From: an uncultured Muribaculaceae bacterium
Lineage (GTDB): Bacteria > Bacillota_I > Bacilli_A > RF39 > UBA660
Reading direction: 5' to 3'
DNA length: 64,000 nucleotides
NCBI GenBank assembly: GCA_964370545.1
Contig: CAYJJQ010000001.1
Location: forward strand, 25,605 to 89,604
The notes under the pieces are model-generated. The model worked only from the letters and a program-made list of their open reading frames with translations, was not told where the DNA came from and did not search any database. This document shows, piece by piece, positions 18,099-30,533 of this stretch (positions are counted from its first letter, which is position 1; every line of letters begins with the position of its first letter). The position numbers were made by a program, and so were the translations under genes.

Positions 18099-19149
18099 TT
18101 ATTATTCCAATAAATAAAAAAGTAATTATTAAACTTGTTCCACCATATGATAAAAATAATAATGGTATACCCATGATAGGTAATAAACCTAAATTCATGA
18201 GTATATTAAATGATATTTGAAATATAAAAATAGTAGCAAATACTTTAGCAAATAATTTATTATTTGCTTTTTTTATATAACTTATTAATATTAAACTAAT
18301 AAATAAATAACATATAGTAACAATTATTCCTGCTAATAATCCATAATTACCTATATTAAATGCATAAATAAAATCAGTAGGAGCTTCAGGTACATATAGT
18401 GATAATTCTCCAATACCATTTTTTAATAAAGGAGATGATCCTATTAATATAAGTGCATTATTTATTTGATAATTATCACTAAAATATATTAATCTATCTA
18501 TTCTATAAAATAAGGAAGTACCAAATATATTAATAAATAAATCTTCATTAAATATATATAAACTTACTAAACTACCTAATATTATTAATAGTAAAGTAAA
18601 TATAATTATATAATATTTCTTATTAAGTTTAGCACTTAAAAAACATACTAATGCAATTAATAAATAAAATATTATAGCACCTGTATCAGGTTCTAGAAAT
18701 ACTAATACACAAGGTATTAAAGTGTATATAAATAAAAGTATAATATATTTAAAATTATTTGTTTTATTTATAGTTATTTTAGTTAATAACAATGCTAAAG
18801 TTATTTTAGTTAATTCACTAGGTTGTAAAGAAAATACCCCTAAATCAATCCACGCTTTAGCCCCATTTATTTCTTTGCCAAGAAATAACACTAAAATAAG
18901 TAATATAATTGATATTACATATAATATAAAACTATAATCAAATAATTTAATATTATTTATTTTAGTGCAAAAGAATAATATGAAAAAACCAATTATGAAC
19001 CAACATAATTGTTTAATAAAATGACCATCATATAAAGTATTAATCATTTCAGAATTAATCATGTTAAGCAAACTAAGTATCATTAAAATACCTATAGGAT
19101 ATAATATTATATATTTATTTTTATAATTCATACTATTATTATGGTACAA
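18085..19149 (-). CDS. SEDS-family peptidoglycan glycosyltransferase (FtsW/RodA/SpoVE)
   Basis: Polytopic membrane protein with the SEDS C-terminal signature LPIMGIPLLFLSYGGTSLIITFLFIGII. Confidence 0.7.
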   Translation of the reverse strand: MYHNNSMNYKNKYIILYPIGILMILSLLNMINSEMINTLYDGHFIKQLCWFIIGFFILFFCTKINNIKLFDYSFILYVISIILLILVLFLGKEINGAKAWIDLGVFSLQPSELTKITLALLLTKITINKTNNFKYIILLFIYTLIPCVLVFLEPDTGAIIFYLLIALVCFLSAKLNKKYYIIIFTLLLIILGSLVSLYIFNEDLFINIFGTSLFYRIDRLIYFSDNYQINNALILIGSSPLLKNGIGELSLYVPEAPTDFIYAFNIGNYGLLAGIIVTICYLFISLILISYIKKANNKLFAKVFATIFIFQISFNILMNLGLLPIMGIPLLFLSYGGTSLIITFLFIGIIINDM

Positions 19150-19189
19150 AAATCTAATTTTTTACATAAATTATAATGAAGGTGATGTT

Positions 19190-19486
19190 ATGAAAGATTT
19201 ACCAAGAGTATATGCAAATCCAATAAATAAAGAATTTAAGAATTTTAAAAGAGAAGATAAAATAAATGAGTATGAAGAAAAAGTTAGTATAAGTCCAAGA
19301 AATTTATCTATGAAAATAAAAGATATATTCAATAGAAGTGATTATATTTATAAAAAAAGAGTGAGAATTCACACTTCTTTAGGAACTGAAGAACATATGA
19401 TAATAGGTAAGACAGTTGATTACTTACTTACTATGCAGGGTAAGAAAATAAAGTATACAGATATACTAGATATAGAAGTAATATAA
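19190..19486 (+). CDS. hypothetical protein (98 aa)
   Basis: RBS GAAGGTGA. No recognisable family. Confidence 0.35.
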   Translation: MKDLPRVYANPINKEFKNFKREDKINEYEEKVSISPRNLSMKIKDIFNRSDYIYKKRVRIHTSLGTEEHMIIGKTVDYLLTMQGKKIKYTDILDIEVI

Positions 19487-19498
19487 AAAAAATATATC

Positions 19499-19816
19499 TT
19501 AGATTAAATCTTCGATATATTTTTTTAATTCTTTAGCTTTTTTATCAAATATTATTTTAAGTTGATTATCAATTTCAACAACGCCTTTAGCTCCTATTTT
19601 TTGAATAGCTTCTTTATCGGCTTTACTAACATCTTTAAGTATAACCTTAAGTCTACTCATATTACATTCGGCATTAACGATATTGTCTTTACCACCTAAG
19701 TATGTAATTAGCTTATTAGCTTCAATATCAAAATCTTTTTTATTTAACTTAAATATAACTAATAATATAATAACTAATACAATTGCTATTATTATATATT
19801 GTAACCATATATCCAT
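19499..19816 (-). CDS. membrane-anchored PTS EIIB-like domain protein
   Basis: N-terminal TM helix then LITYLGGKDNIVNAECNMSRLKVILKD...IGAKGVV, matching the PTS EIIB glucose-type fold including the Cys position. Confidence 0.5.
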   Translation of the reverse strand: MDIWLQYIIIAIVLVIILLVIFKLNKKDFDIEANKLITYLGGKDNIVNAECNMSRLKVILKDVSKADKEAIQKIGAKGVVEIDNQLKIIFDKKAKELKKYIEDLI

Positions 19817-19926
19817 TTATATCACCTAATTAATTATACTACAATATACTAAAAAAATAAACTGTTCATTCACATATTTGAAAATTATACATAAATTAAT
19901 AATGAATAAAGTGAAAGGGTGAAATT

Positions 19927-20364
19927 ATGAATAAAACAACTTCTTCAAATTGCATAAATGATATTTTAAATGTTATTTTAGTATTACAAGAAAATGCATG
20001 TCCTGAAAATTGCTTAGATACATGTGATAGACCTGTTCTAGGCGGAGGGCCAAACTGTTTAGCTTGTAATACAAGACCAGTAATGTTATATACATGTTGT
20101 GGAAATGGTGTTCCTTGGAGTATGCCAACAAGTAAAGATTCAATTCAAAATTGTGAAGGTGCTACTGTTACAGATAACTGTTCAACTGTATTTAGACTTG
20201 AAAAACTTGATTGTAACTGTGCTACATTTAGAGTACTAATTGCAAATCCAGATACTACTAGTTTATATCCATACGTAGGAACAAATTCTTTCTTTACAAT
20301 GGATACAGAATGTTTATGTTCCCTAAGATGTTTAAATGATACATACGTTGAATGTATATTCTAA
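19927..20364 (+). CDS. CotY/CotZ/ExsY-like cysteine-rich spore coat / exosporium protein
   Basis: 145 aa with 17 Cys. VFRLEKLDCNCATFRVLIANPD matches the CotY/CotZ core (FFRVEKL.DCCATL.IL.P). Confidence 0.55.
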   Translation: MNKTTSSNCINDILNVILVLQENACPENCLDTCDRPVLGGGPNCLACNTRPVMLYTCCGNGVPWSMPTSKDSIQNCEGATVTDNCSTVFRLEKLDCNCATFRVLIANPDTTSLYPYVGTNSFFTMDTECLCSLRCLNDTYVECIF

Positions 20365-20373
20365 TAAAATAAT

Positions 20374-20400
20374 AAAACTAGTTTAAAACTAGTTTTTTTT
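20374..20400 (+). terminator. rho-independent terminator
   Basis: Palindromic AAACTAGTTTAAAACTAGTTT followed by T8 after the 20364 stop. Confidence 0.5.
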
Positions 20401-20427
20401 ATGCTATAATAACAATAGTAGGTGGCT

Positions 20428-23400
20428 ATGAAAAAACTTAAGGAAATATTTAATAAAAATAAAATATTAGTAATCGTTATGGCAGTTTCAATTGTTCTTA
20501 TAAGTGGAGTGTCTTTTGCATACTTTGCTGGTTTGATTGGCGCTCCGGCTATAACTGATTTAGATGTGACAAGTCAAAAGGGAAATACTATAGTATTTAC
20601 CCCAGGAACTGCCATTAATTTATATGCTACAGAAGATAACTTTGGACAAACACATACTAGTTTAAGTGGACAGACTATTTCAACTGCTGAATATACATCT
20701 TCTAAAACTGAATTAAATCCTGAAAAATATAATGTTTATTTTGTTATAAATGTAAATGATTTTGAATATACAACTGCATCCGAGGAAACAGAAATACTTT
20801 TAAAAGTAACTAATCCAGAAGGTGTAGAAGTAACTAGCATTACTGGATTTACTCACGATACAGTTACGGATAATGTTTCAGGAGATACATTATCAGGTTT
20901 TGATGTAACTACATTTATGGGTATAGTGCCTATAGCAATAGATTATGAAATAGATTCAATAAATAAGATTAAAACTACTCAACAGTGGAAAGTAGAGCTT
21001 ACTTTTGTTAACCTTGCTACTAAACAAAATGATAATACTAAAAAGACTTTTGAAGGTAAATTAATTTTGCAACAGGGTCCATATGAACCAACACTAGCAG
21101 AATCTATTATATTTGATAATTATGATAATGATGATTTTATATATCATTCAGATAAAAACGAAGACTCAGCAGGAGATAATAGTTTTAGATTCTCAGGTGC
21201 TAACCCTGATAACTATGTTACATTTAATGATGAATCATGGAGAATAATAGGTATCTTTGATGATAAATTAAAACTAATAAGAGAAACTCCATTAGATACA
21301 CTTATGGCATTTGATACAGGTAACTCTAATGACTTTGCAACATCTGATATAAATACTTATTTAAATACTACTTTTTATAATGCCCTTAATTCAGATGCTA
21401 AAAATTTAACGGTATCATCAAAACTTAATATAGGCCCTATATCTACTAATACGGGAGGAGAATATCATAAAACTCCAGGTGTAATAGCTAGAAAAGAAAG
21501 TTTTTTAAAAACATCTAGTTCATACAAAGTTGGTTTAATGAATGCAAGTGATTATTTATTTGCAGCATCAGAAACATATCATACTTTAAATAACTATGAT
21601 GCTACTGATACTAATAACGATTATGCAGATAATGCAAATATGATAGCTACTAATTGGATGTATATATTTGATACATATACAGCATCAGATTTCGAGTGGA
21701 CAGTAACACCAGCAACAGATGGTAATAGTTTAATGCAAATAAGAGCAGTAGGGAACACTAATTCTAACTATGCAACTAATAATGGATTAGCAGCTAGACC
21801 AACTGTTTATATTACAGGTGATGCCAGATTATCAATTGGTACTGGAACATCTGCAGATTCATATATTCTAAGTCTTCCATTGCAAGGTGCCTCTAAACAC
21901 CTAGTAGAAAATCATGACGCAGGTGAAGGATTATACCAACATACAGCAGATCTAGCTAACGGAGCAGGAGATAATAACTATAGATACTCAGGACCTGATT
22001 CGCTAGTAAAAAACTATGTAACATTTAATGATGAAATGTGGAGAATAATAGGTATCTTTGATGGTAAATTAAAACTAATAAAAGAAACATCAATAGGAAC
22101 ATATGAGTTTGATCCAGGAAATGATAACTCATGGGCCGATGATGGTGGAGGAGTAGAAGGAAATCAACTCCTAAATAACTATTATTTTAATAGTACAGTA
22201 GCCCCAAATCTCTTAGCAGATTGTGGCGGCTCTGGTAGAGGAAGTTGTGATTTCACATCAACGGGACTAGATGCAACTGCAAGAGCAATGGCAGAAACAT
22301 CAACATGGTACTTAGGAGCTCCTGATACAAATAATCAAACAGCAAATGCATTTTATAAAGAAGAAAGAGGAAGTGCAACAACAGATGGAACACATATAAC
22401 AACAGAGGCAAATATAGGATTATTATATATGAGTGATTATGGATATGCAGCATCAAGTAATGCATGGACAACAAACCTAGTTCGTTATGATACAAACTCA
22501 ATACCTGCAAATAACTGGATGTTTAGTGGATTATATGAGTGGTCAATATCGCCTAATTTGTCTGGCTCTAGCAGCGTGTTGGGTGTAAGCAGCAGCGGTG
22601 ATGCGAACAACTACTATGCCAGAGGTGGGTCTGCGTGGCGCCCAACCTTATACCTGAAATCAAATGTAGAAATCATAGGAGGATCAGGAACTGAAAGTGA
22701 TCCGTTTAAAATAGGTTTAGATGCTAATAAATACTTAATAGATAGTCATGGAGCAGAAGAAGGGCTTTACCAGCATACAGCAGATTTAACAAATGGAGCA
22801 GGAGATAATAATTATAGATATTCAGGACCTGATTCATTAGTAAAAAACTATGTAACATTTAATGATGAAATGTGGAGAATAATAGGAGTTTTTGATGGAA
22901 ATGTAAAACTAATAAAAGAAACATCAATAGGAACATATGAATTTGATCCAGGAGATGATAACTCATGGGCCGATGATGGTGGAGGAGCAGAAGGAAATCA
23001 ACTACTCAATAACTATTATTTTAATAGTGCAGTAGCGCCAAATTTGTTAGCAGATTGTGGTAATACAAGTAGAGGAAGTTGCGACTTCACATCAACAGGA
23101 CTAGACGCAACAGCAAGATTAATGGTAGAAACATCAACATGGTACTTAGGGGCTCCTGATACATATAATCAAACAGCAAATGCATTTTATAATGACGAAA
23201 GAGGAAGCGTGACATCTACAGGAACCCATATAACAACAGAGGCAAATATAGGATTAATGTATGTAAGTGATTATGGATATGCAGCCTCAAGTAATGCATG
23301 GACAACAAATTTAATTGATTATAATACTAACTCAATACTAGCAAGTAACTGGATGTGTAGTGGAGTTTTCGAGTGGTCAATATCGCCTTATTTGTCTCGC

Positions 23401-23556
23401 TCTAACTTCGTGTGGTATGTTTACGACAACGGTGATGCGGACAGCTACTACGCCAGCTATGGGAGTGCGTGGCGCCCAACCTTATACCTGAAGGCCGAAA
23501 CGAAGATTGTAGGAGGAACGGGAACTGAAAGTGATCCGTTCCAGTTAGGACTATAA
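20428..23556 (+). CDS. large secreted protein: SipW-cognate signal + TasA-like N-domain + three ~270-aa repeat domains (last two near-identical)
   Basis: N-terminus MKKLKEIFNKNKILVIVMAVSIVLISGVSFAYFAGLIGAP is a SipW-type signal. Residues ~190-215 (QWKVELTFVNLATKQNDNTKKTFEGKLIL) are paralogous to the C-terminal motif of the small TasA-like proteins. Repeats: A ~21130-21900, B 21901-22735, C 22736-23556. B and C end in GC-rich patches. The start may be GTG 20422 or ATG 20428. Confidence 0.6.
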   Translation: MKKLKEIFNKNKILVIVMAVSIVLISGVSFAYFAGLIGAPAITDLDVTSQKGNTIVFTPGTAINLYATEDNFGQTHTSLSGQTISTAEYTSSKTELNPEKYNVYFVINVNDFEYTTASEETEILLKVTNPEGVEVTSITGFTHDTVTDNVSGDTLSGFDVTTFMGIVPIAIDYEIDSINKIKTTQQWKVELTFVNLATKQNDNTKKTFEGKLILQQGPYEPTLAESIIFDNYDNDDFIYHSDKNEDSAGDNSFRFSGANPDNYVTFNDESWRIIGIFDDKLKLIRETPLDTLMAFDTGNSNDFATSDINTYLNTTFYNALNSDAKNLTVSSKLNIGPISTNTGGEYHKTPGVIARKESFLKTSSSYKVGLMNASDYLFAASETYHTLNNYDATDTNNDYADNANMIATNWMYIFDTYTASDFEWTVTPATDGNSLMQIRAVGNTNSNYATNNGLAARPTVYITGDARLSIGTGTSADSYILSLPLQGASKHLVENHDAGEGLYQHTADLANGAGDNNYRYSGPDSLVKNYVTFNDEMWRIIGIFDGKLKLIKETSIGTYEFDPGNDNSWADDGGGVEGNQLLNNYYFNSTVAPNLLADCGGSGRGSCDFTSTGLDATARAMAETSTWYLGAPDTNNQTANAFYKEERGSATTDGTHITTEANIGLLYMSDYGYAASSNAWTTNLVRYDTNSIPANNWMFSGLYEWSISPNLSGSSSVLGVSSSGDANNYYARGGSAWRPTLYLKSNVEIIGGSGTESDPFKIGLDANKYLIDSHGAEEGLYQHTADLTNGAGDNNYRYSGPDSLVKNYVTFNDEMWRIIGVFDGNVKLIKETSIGTYEFDPGDDNSWADDGGGAEGNQLLNNYYFNSAVAPNLLADCGNTSRGSCDFTSTGLDATARLMVETSTWYLGAPDTYNQTANAFYNDERGSVTSTGTHITTEANIGLMYVSDYGYAASSNAWTTNLIDYNTNSILASNWMCSGVFEWSISPYLSRSNFVWYVYDNGDADSYYASYGSAWRPTLYLKAETKIVGGTGTESDPFQLGL
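21901..23556 (+). repeat. intragenic tandem direct repeat, 2 x ~835 bp (~90% identical)
   Basis: 21901-22735 and 22736-23556 encode ENHDAGEGLYQHTADL...SAWRPTLYLK twice. The differences cluster in a ~63-nt patch near each repeat end. Confidence 0.85.
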
Positions 23557-23587
23557 TACTAAAAGGAAGACCGACCCTGAAAGTGTA

Positions 23588-23630
23588 GTCACGCTGCCAG
23601 GCGGATGTCTGGCCGTGACCGATTTTATTA
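23588..23630 (+). other. GC-rich stem-loop downstream of the giant gene (terminator and/or DGR-type target-recognition hairpin)
   Basis: GTCACG(CT)GCCAG-GCGGATGT-CTGGCCGTGAC forms an 11-bp stem with an 8-nt loop, then CGATTTTATT. About 60% GC in a 27% GC genome. Confidence 0.5.
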
Positions 23631-23649
23631 ACAATAAAAAGGAGCGCAT

Positions 23650-24033
23650 ATGAATAGTAAAGGATTTACATTAATAGAACTACTTGCTGTGATAGTTGTT
23701 CTTGCTATAGTTGGTACTCTATCAATAGTTATATATAGCGGGTTTAGTGATTCTATTAAAGAAAAAGAATATGAAACATTAATTAATTTATATAAATCAT
23801 CTATAAAAGTGTATGTTGAGGATAATGATTATGATAATGTAACTATTGTTCTTCAAGAACTTATTGATACTGATTATGTAAGTGCTCCGGCTGATGGAAT
23901 AATAATTAATCCAATCAATGAAAGTTATAAACTTAATTGTTTAAAGTTTAATGTAATTAAGGAAAATAATGAGTATATAGTTTCTTATGATGAAACAAGT
24001 ACTAATGTTTTAATAGAAGATAAATGTAATTAA
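23650..24033 (+). CDS. type IV pilin / ComGC-like pseudopilin
   Basis: RBS AAAGGAG. Product is MNSKGFTLIELLAVIVVLAIVGTL..., a canonical class III prepilin leader with Gly before the cleavage site, Phe at +1 and Glu at +5. Confidence 0.75.
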   Translation: MNSKGFTLIELLAVIVVLAIVGTLSIVIYSGFSDSIKEKEYETLINLYKSSIKVYVEDNDYDNVTIVLQELIDTDYVSAPADGIIINPINESYKLNCLKFNVIKENNEYIVSYDETSTNVLIEDKCN

Positions 24034-24040
24034 AATAGTG

Positions 24041-24074
24041 ACTACTTTTACACTTAAAAGTAGTTTTTATTTTG
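24041..24074 (+). terminator. rho-independent terminator
   Basis: ACTACTTTT-ACACTT-AAAAGTAGT stem-loop followed by TTTTTATTTT. Confidence 0.6.
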
Positions 24075-24114
24075 ATAAAATGTTATAATTAAGTTGGAGA
24101 AACTTGGAGGATAT

Positions 24115-26199
24115 ATGGATATTTTAAGTACACTTAATGATAATCAGAAAAAAGCAGCAATGCATATAGATGGTCCTTGTTTAGTAATTGCCGGAGCAGG
24201 TTCTGGTAAAACAAAAGTGCTAACAACAAGAATTGCTAATTTAATAAATAATCATGTATATAGTAGTAATATACTAGCTATTACATTTACAAATAAAGCA
24301 GCTAAGGAAATGAGAGATAGACTTAATAACATAGTTAGTGATAACTATGCTTTTGTAGGAACATTTCATTCTTTTGGTGTTAAGATAATTAGGGAAAATT
24401 ATGATAAAGTAGGATTAGATAAGAATTTTACTATTTTAGATTCAGATGATAGTTTAAGTGTTATAAAAAAAATACTTAAAGATATGAATATAGATGTAAA
24501 AGAGATTAGTCCTCATTATATAAAAAATAAAATAAGTTTTATAAAAAATGAATTATTAACTGATGCTGGAATAGAAAGACATTTTAATACTTATGTAGAT
24601 AAAAAGGTAGCAGAAATATATTATAAATATGATAATATACTTAGAAGAAATAATGCTATAGATTTTGATGATTTACTTAAAAAACCAGTATTATTATTTA
24701 AAGAAAATAAAGAGATATTAGAACATTATCAAGAAAAATTTAAATATATTTTAGTAGATGAGTATCAAGATACTAATGAAGTGCAGTATATACTTATAAA
24801 ACTACTTAGTGATAAACATAAGAATATATTTGTAGTAGGTGATGTTAATCAAAGTATTTATGCATTTAGATATGCTAACTATAAAAATATACTGAACTTT
24901 GAAAAAGATTTTAAGAACTGTGTTACTATAACTTTAAATCAAAATTATAGAAGTACAACTAATATATTAAGTGCTGCTAATGATGTAATAAAAAATAATT
25001 CCGAAAGAAAAGATGTGGAGTTATTTTCTGAGTTAGGAACTGGTACTCAAATAAAATATTTTAGAACCTATAATGATCAAAGTGAAGCTCTTAATGTAGT
25101 AGAAGAAATCAAAAGATTAATAAATAGTGGATATAATAAAAAAGATATAGCAGTTTTTTATAGAACTAATGCACAATCTCGTGGTATAGAAGAAAAAATG
25201 CTTAAAAGTAATATACCATATAAAGTAGTAGGAAGTTTTTTCTTCTATAAGAGAAAAGAAATTAAAGATTTAATAGCTTATTTAAGGTTACTATCTAATA
25301 CAAAAGATGATGTTGCTTTAGAAAGAGTTATTAACGTACCCAAAAGAAAGATAGGACCTACAACTGTTAATAATATTAGAAATAAAAGTGATGAGTTAAA
25401 TACATCTATGTTTGATGCAATTGATAGTGGTAAAGAATTAGAATTTAAAAATGTTATTAATGAACTTATAAAAGATAAAGAAAATTTAAGTTTAACTGAA
25501 TTAATAGATGCAGTTTTAGAAAAAACAAAAATGTTAGAAGAACTTAAAAATGAAAAAAGTTTAGAAGCAGATTTAAGAATAGAATATTTAATGGAATTTA
25601 AAAGTATTACTGAAAACTTTCAAAAAGAAACAGGTATAGTAAACTTAGAAGATTTCTTAGAATCTATATCACTTGTAGCAGATATAACAGAGCATAAAGA
25701 TTATGATGATGTTGTTACCCTGATGACAATACATGCTTCTAAAGGTCTTGAATTTAAAGTTGTATTTATAATTGGAATGGAAGAAGGTATATTGCCTCAT
25801 CAAAATTCACTATTTGAAAAATCAGAATTAGAAGAAGAAAGAAGATTATGTTATGTTGCTATAACTAGAGCAAAAGAAAAATTATATATTTCTAATGCTG
25901 AAAGAAGAATGTTATTTGGTAAAATAAGTGCTAATATGCCATCAAGGTTTATAGATGAAATTAATGATAAACTACTTGATATATTAGAAGAAAAACCTAA
26001 AATAGAAGAAAAGAAAATTGATAAAAATATCTTATATGGTGATAATAAAGAATATAGTATGGGAGATACAGTATTTCATGTTACATTTGGACAAGGAAAA
26101 GTTACAGCAATTGATGATAGATTTGTAACTGCAAATTTTGGAACAAGATTTGGAGAAAAAAAAGTACTTAAAAATTATAAAGGTATGCAAAGGAGATAA
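24115..26199 (+). CDS. pcrA: ATP-dependent DNA helicase PcrA (UvrD family)
   Basis: RBS GGAGGA then ATG 24115. Walker A AGAGSGKTKVLT, DEYQDTN, TIHASKGLEF, and a C-terminal Tudor-like tail. About 694 aa. Confidence 0.85.
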   Translation: MDILSTLNDNQKKAAMHIDGPCLVIAGAGSGKTKVLTTRIANLINNHVYSSNILAITFTNKAAKEMRDRLNNIVSDNYAFVGTFHSFGVKIIRENYDKVGLDKNFTILDSDDSLSVIKKILKDMNIDVKEISPHYIKNKISFIKNELLTDAGIERHFNTYVDKKVAEIYYKYDNILRRNNAIDFDDLLKKPVLLFKENKEILEHYQEKFKYILVDEYQDTNEVQYILIKLLSDKHKNIFVVGDVNQSIYAFRYANYKNILNFEKDFKNCVTITLNQNYRSTTNILSAANDVIKNNSERKDVELFSELGTGTQIKYFRTYNDQSEALNVVEEIKRLINSGYNKKDIAVFYRTNAQSRGIEEKMLKSNIPYKVVGSFFFYKRKEIKDLIAYLRLLSNTKDDVALERVINVPKRKIGPTTVNNIRNKSDELNTSMFDAIDSGKELEFKNVINELIKDKENLSLTELIDAVLEKTKMLEELKNEKSLEADLRIEYLMEFKSITENFQKETGIVNLEDFLESISLVADITEHKDYDDVVTLMTIHASKGLEFKVVFIIGMEEGILPHQNSLFEKSELEEERRLCYVAITRAKEKLYISNAERRMLFGKISANMPSRFIDEINDKLLDILEEKPKIEEKKIDKNILYGDNKEYSMGDTVFHVTFGQGKVTAIDDRFVTANFGTRFGEKKVLKNYKGMQRR

Positions 26200-26201
26200 T
26201 T

Positions 26202-29089
<2,888 letters not shown>

Positions 29090-29096
<7 letters not shown>

Positions 29097-30019
29097 ATAA
29101 TTAATTTTCTTTGAGGTATAGAAGCTTGTATTTTTTTATGTTCAACTAAAAGTTGGCTCATTGTTTGGATAAGAATTTTATTAATATTTACTTCTCCTGC
29201 TTCCCACTCGTATAAAGAAAATGCACGATATAATGTTTCTAATATTAGCGATATATTACCACTAGTTAAATCACGCATATATTTCATGGTTTCATATGAA
29301 ATATTATCATTTAACAAAAAATTCTTATGTATAGATTTATATTTCATATAATAGTTAATAATTAAATTATTAATGAACTCGATTTTTTTAGCATAAGTTA
29401 TTTGTATAAATTTATAATGATCTAATCTTGCTTCTGTTTCTTCAGAATTATCACTAGTTGATATTATTGTTTGATCAAATAGATTAAAATATTGTGCAAG
29501 AATATTTTGAACCAATTCTTCTCCTGAATGAATTCTATCGAAATTGCTTATTATAAGAGTTTTCTTCTTTTCTGGAAATTCATCATTAATTTTATCTAAT
29601 ATCTCTTTAGTTAAATCTAAAGAAATATTATTATATTTATTATTATCTTCAAAGCAAGAACTGTTAATATATTCATAGGCTTCCTCTATTTTTCTGTTAA
29701 TAAAAGGTTGGTACTCATTTTTCAGTATTTTGAATTCTGCACCAGAATAGGAATTAATAATGATATCAGATAAAATAAGCTCATAATAATACTTTAAAAA
29801 GTTTTTGCTGAAATTATTGGTCGAGAAATTTATTAAATCAAAAGAGCCGTTTATAATTAACCTGTCTCCAGTATATAAATTTTGATTGTTGTTTAATACC
29901 GTGCGTTTTCCGCTTCCTTTATTTCCATTAATTATTATTAGTCTATCATCTAACTTACTTATTTTTTTCCATTCATCTACTATATAATCGTTTAGTATTG
30001 TGTTATATTTACTTTTCAT
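29090..30019 (-). CDS. hypothetical P-loop NTPase
   Basis: Walker A IINGNKGSGKRTVL near the N-terminus; 309 aa; no further family assignment. Confidence 0.35.
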
Positions 30020-30152
30020 AAAACCTCCTAATTTAATTATAAATGTGATTATAAAATTTTACAATATAAATTGTACATAAAATGACAATTTATATTTTTT
30101 TTATTTCACTTAAATAAGTATAATGATATTATTTATATAAGGTAGTGATTAT

Positions 30153-30533
30153 ATGAAAGTTATAGTTTGTGTAGATGATAATTTAGGTATACTTTTTAAT
30201 AAAAGAAGAGTATCTAAAGATAGTAAAATAATAGAGGATATAATAAGTAATTATGAAGATATTTATATTAATGAATATTCTAAAGAATTATTTATAGATA
30301 ATTATATAGTTAGTGATAAACTTGAAGAGGGAATTAATTTTGTAGAAAACAATTCTTTATTAGGAATGGAAGATAAAATAACTGAAGTAATTATTTATTA
30401 CTTTAATAGAAAATATCCAAGTGATCTAAAGTTAGAACTTGATTTAAATAAATATAATGAAGTAAGTAAAACTGAATTTGTAGGAAGTTCTCACGATAAA
30501 ATCACTAAAGTAGTTTATGAGGTGGTAAAATGA
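30153..30533 (+). CDS. hypothetical cytoplasmic protein, translationally coupled to the downstream nuclease-like gene
   Basis: 126 aa with no signal peptide. Its stop overlaps the next start (ATGA). Confidence 0.35.
   Translation: MKVIVCVDDNLGILFNKRRVSKDSKIIEDIISNYEDIYINEYSKELFIDNYIVSDKLEEGINFVENNSLLGMEDKITEVIIYYFNRKYPSDLKLELDLNKYNEVSKTEFVGSSHDKITKVVYEVVK

Noticed and set aside
22253-22510. 85-aa minus-strand ORF inside the giant repeat protein, plus similar internal antisense ORFs (17480..17692, 18722..18937, 27358..27612, 32321..32569, 35272..35457, 35646..35867, 36928..37140, 38326..38553, 40893..41222, 47135..47317, 47958..48215, 50726..50995, 52242..52466, 56665..56853, 58228..58506)
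   Set aside because: All are fully nested antisense to strongly supported genes, lack RBS sequences and have biased low-complexity composition. Treated as non-coding.
23588-23630. Treating the GC-rich hairpin after the giant gene only as a DGR element
   Set aside because: It is also positioned and shaped like an ordinary rho-independent terminator (stem plus an ATTTTATT tail) in an AT-rich genome. Both readings are kept and neither can be excluded from sequence alone.
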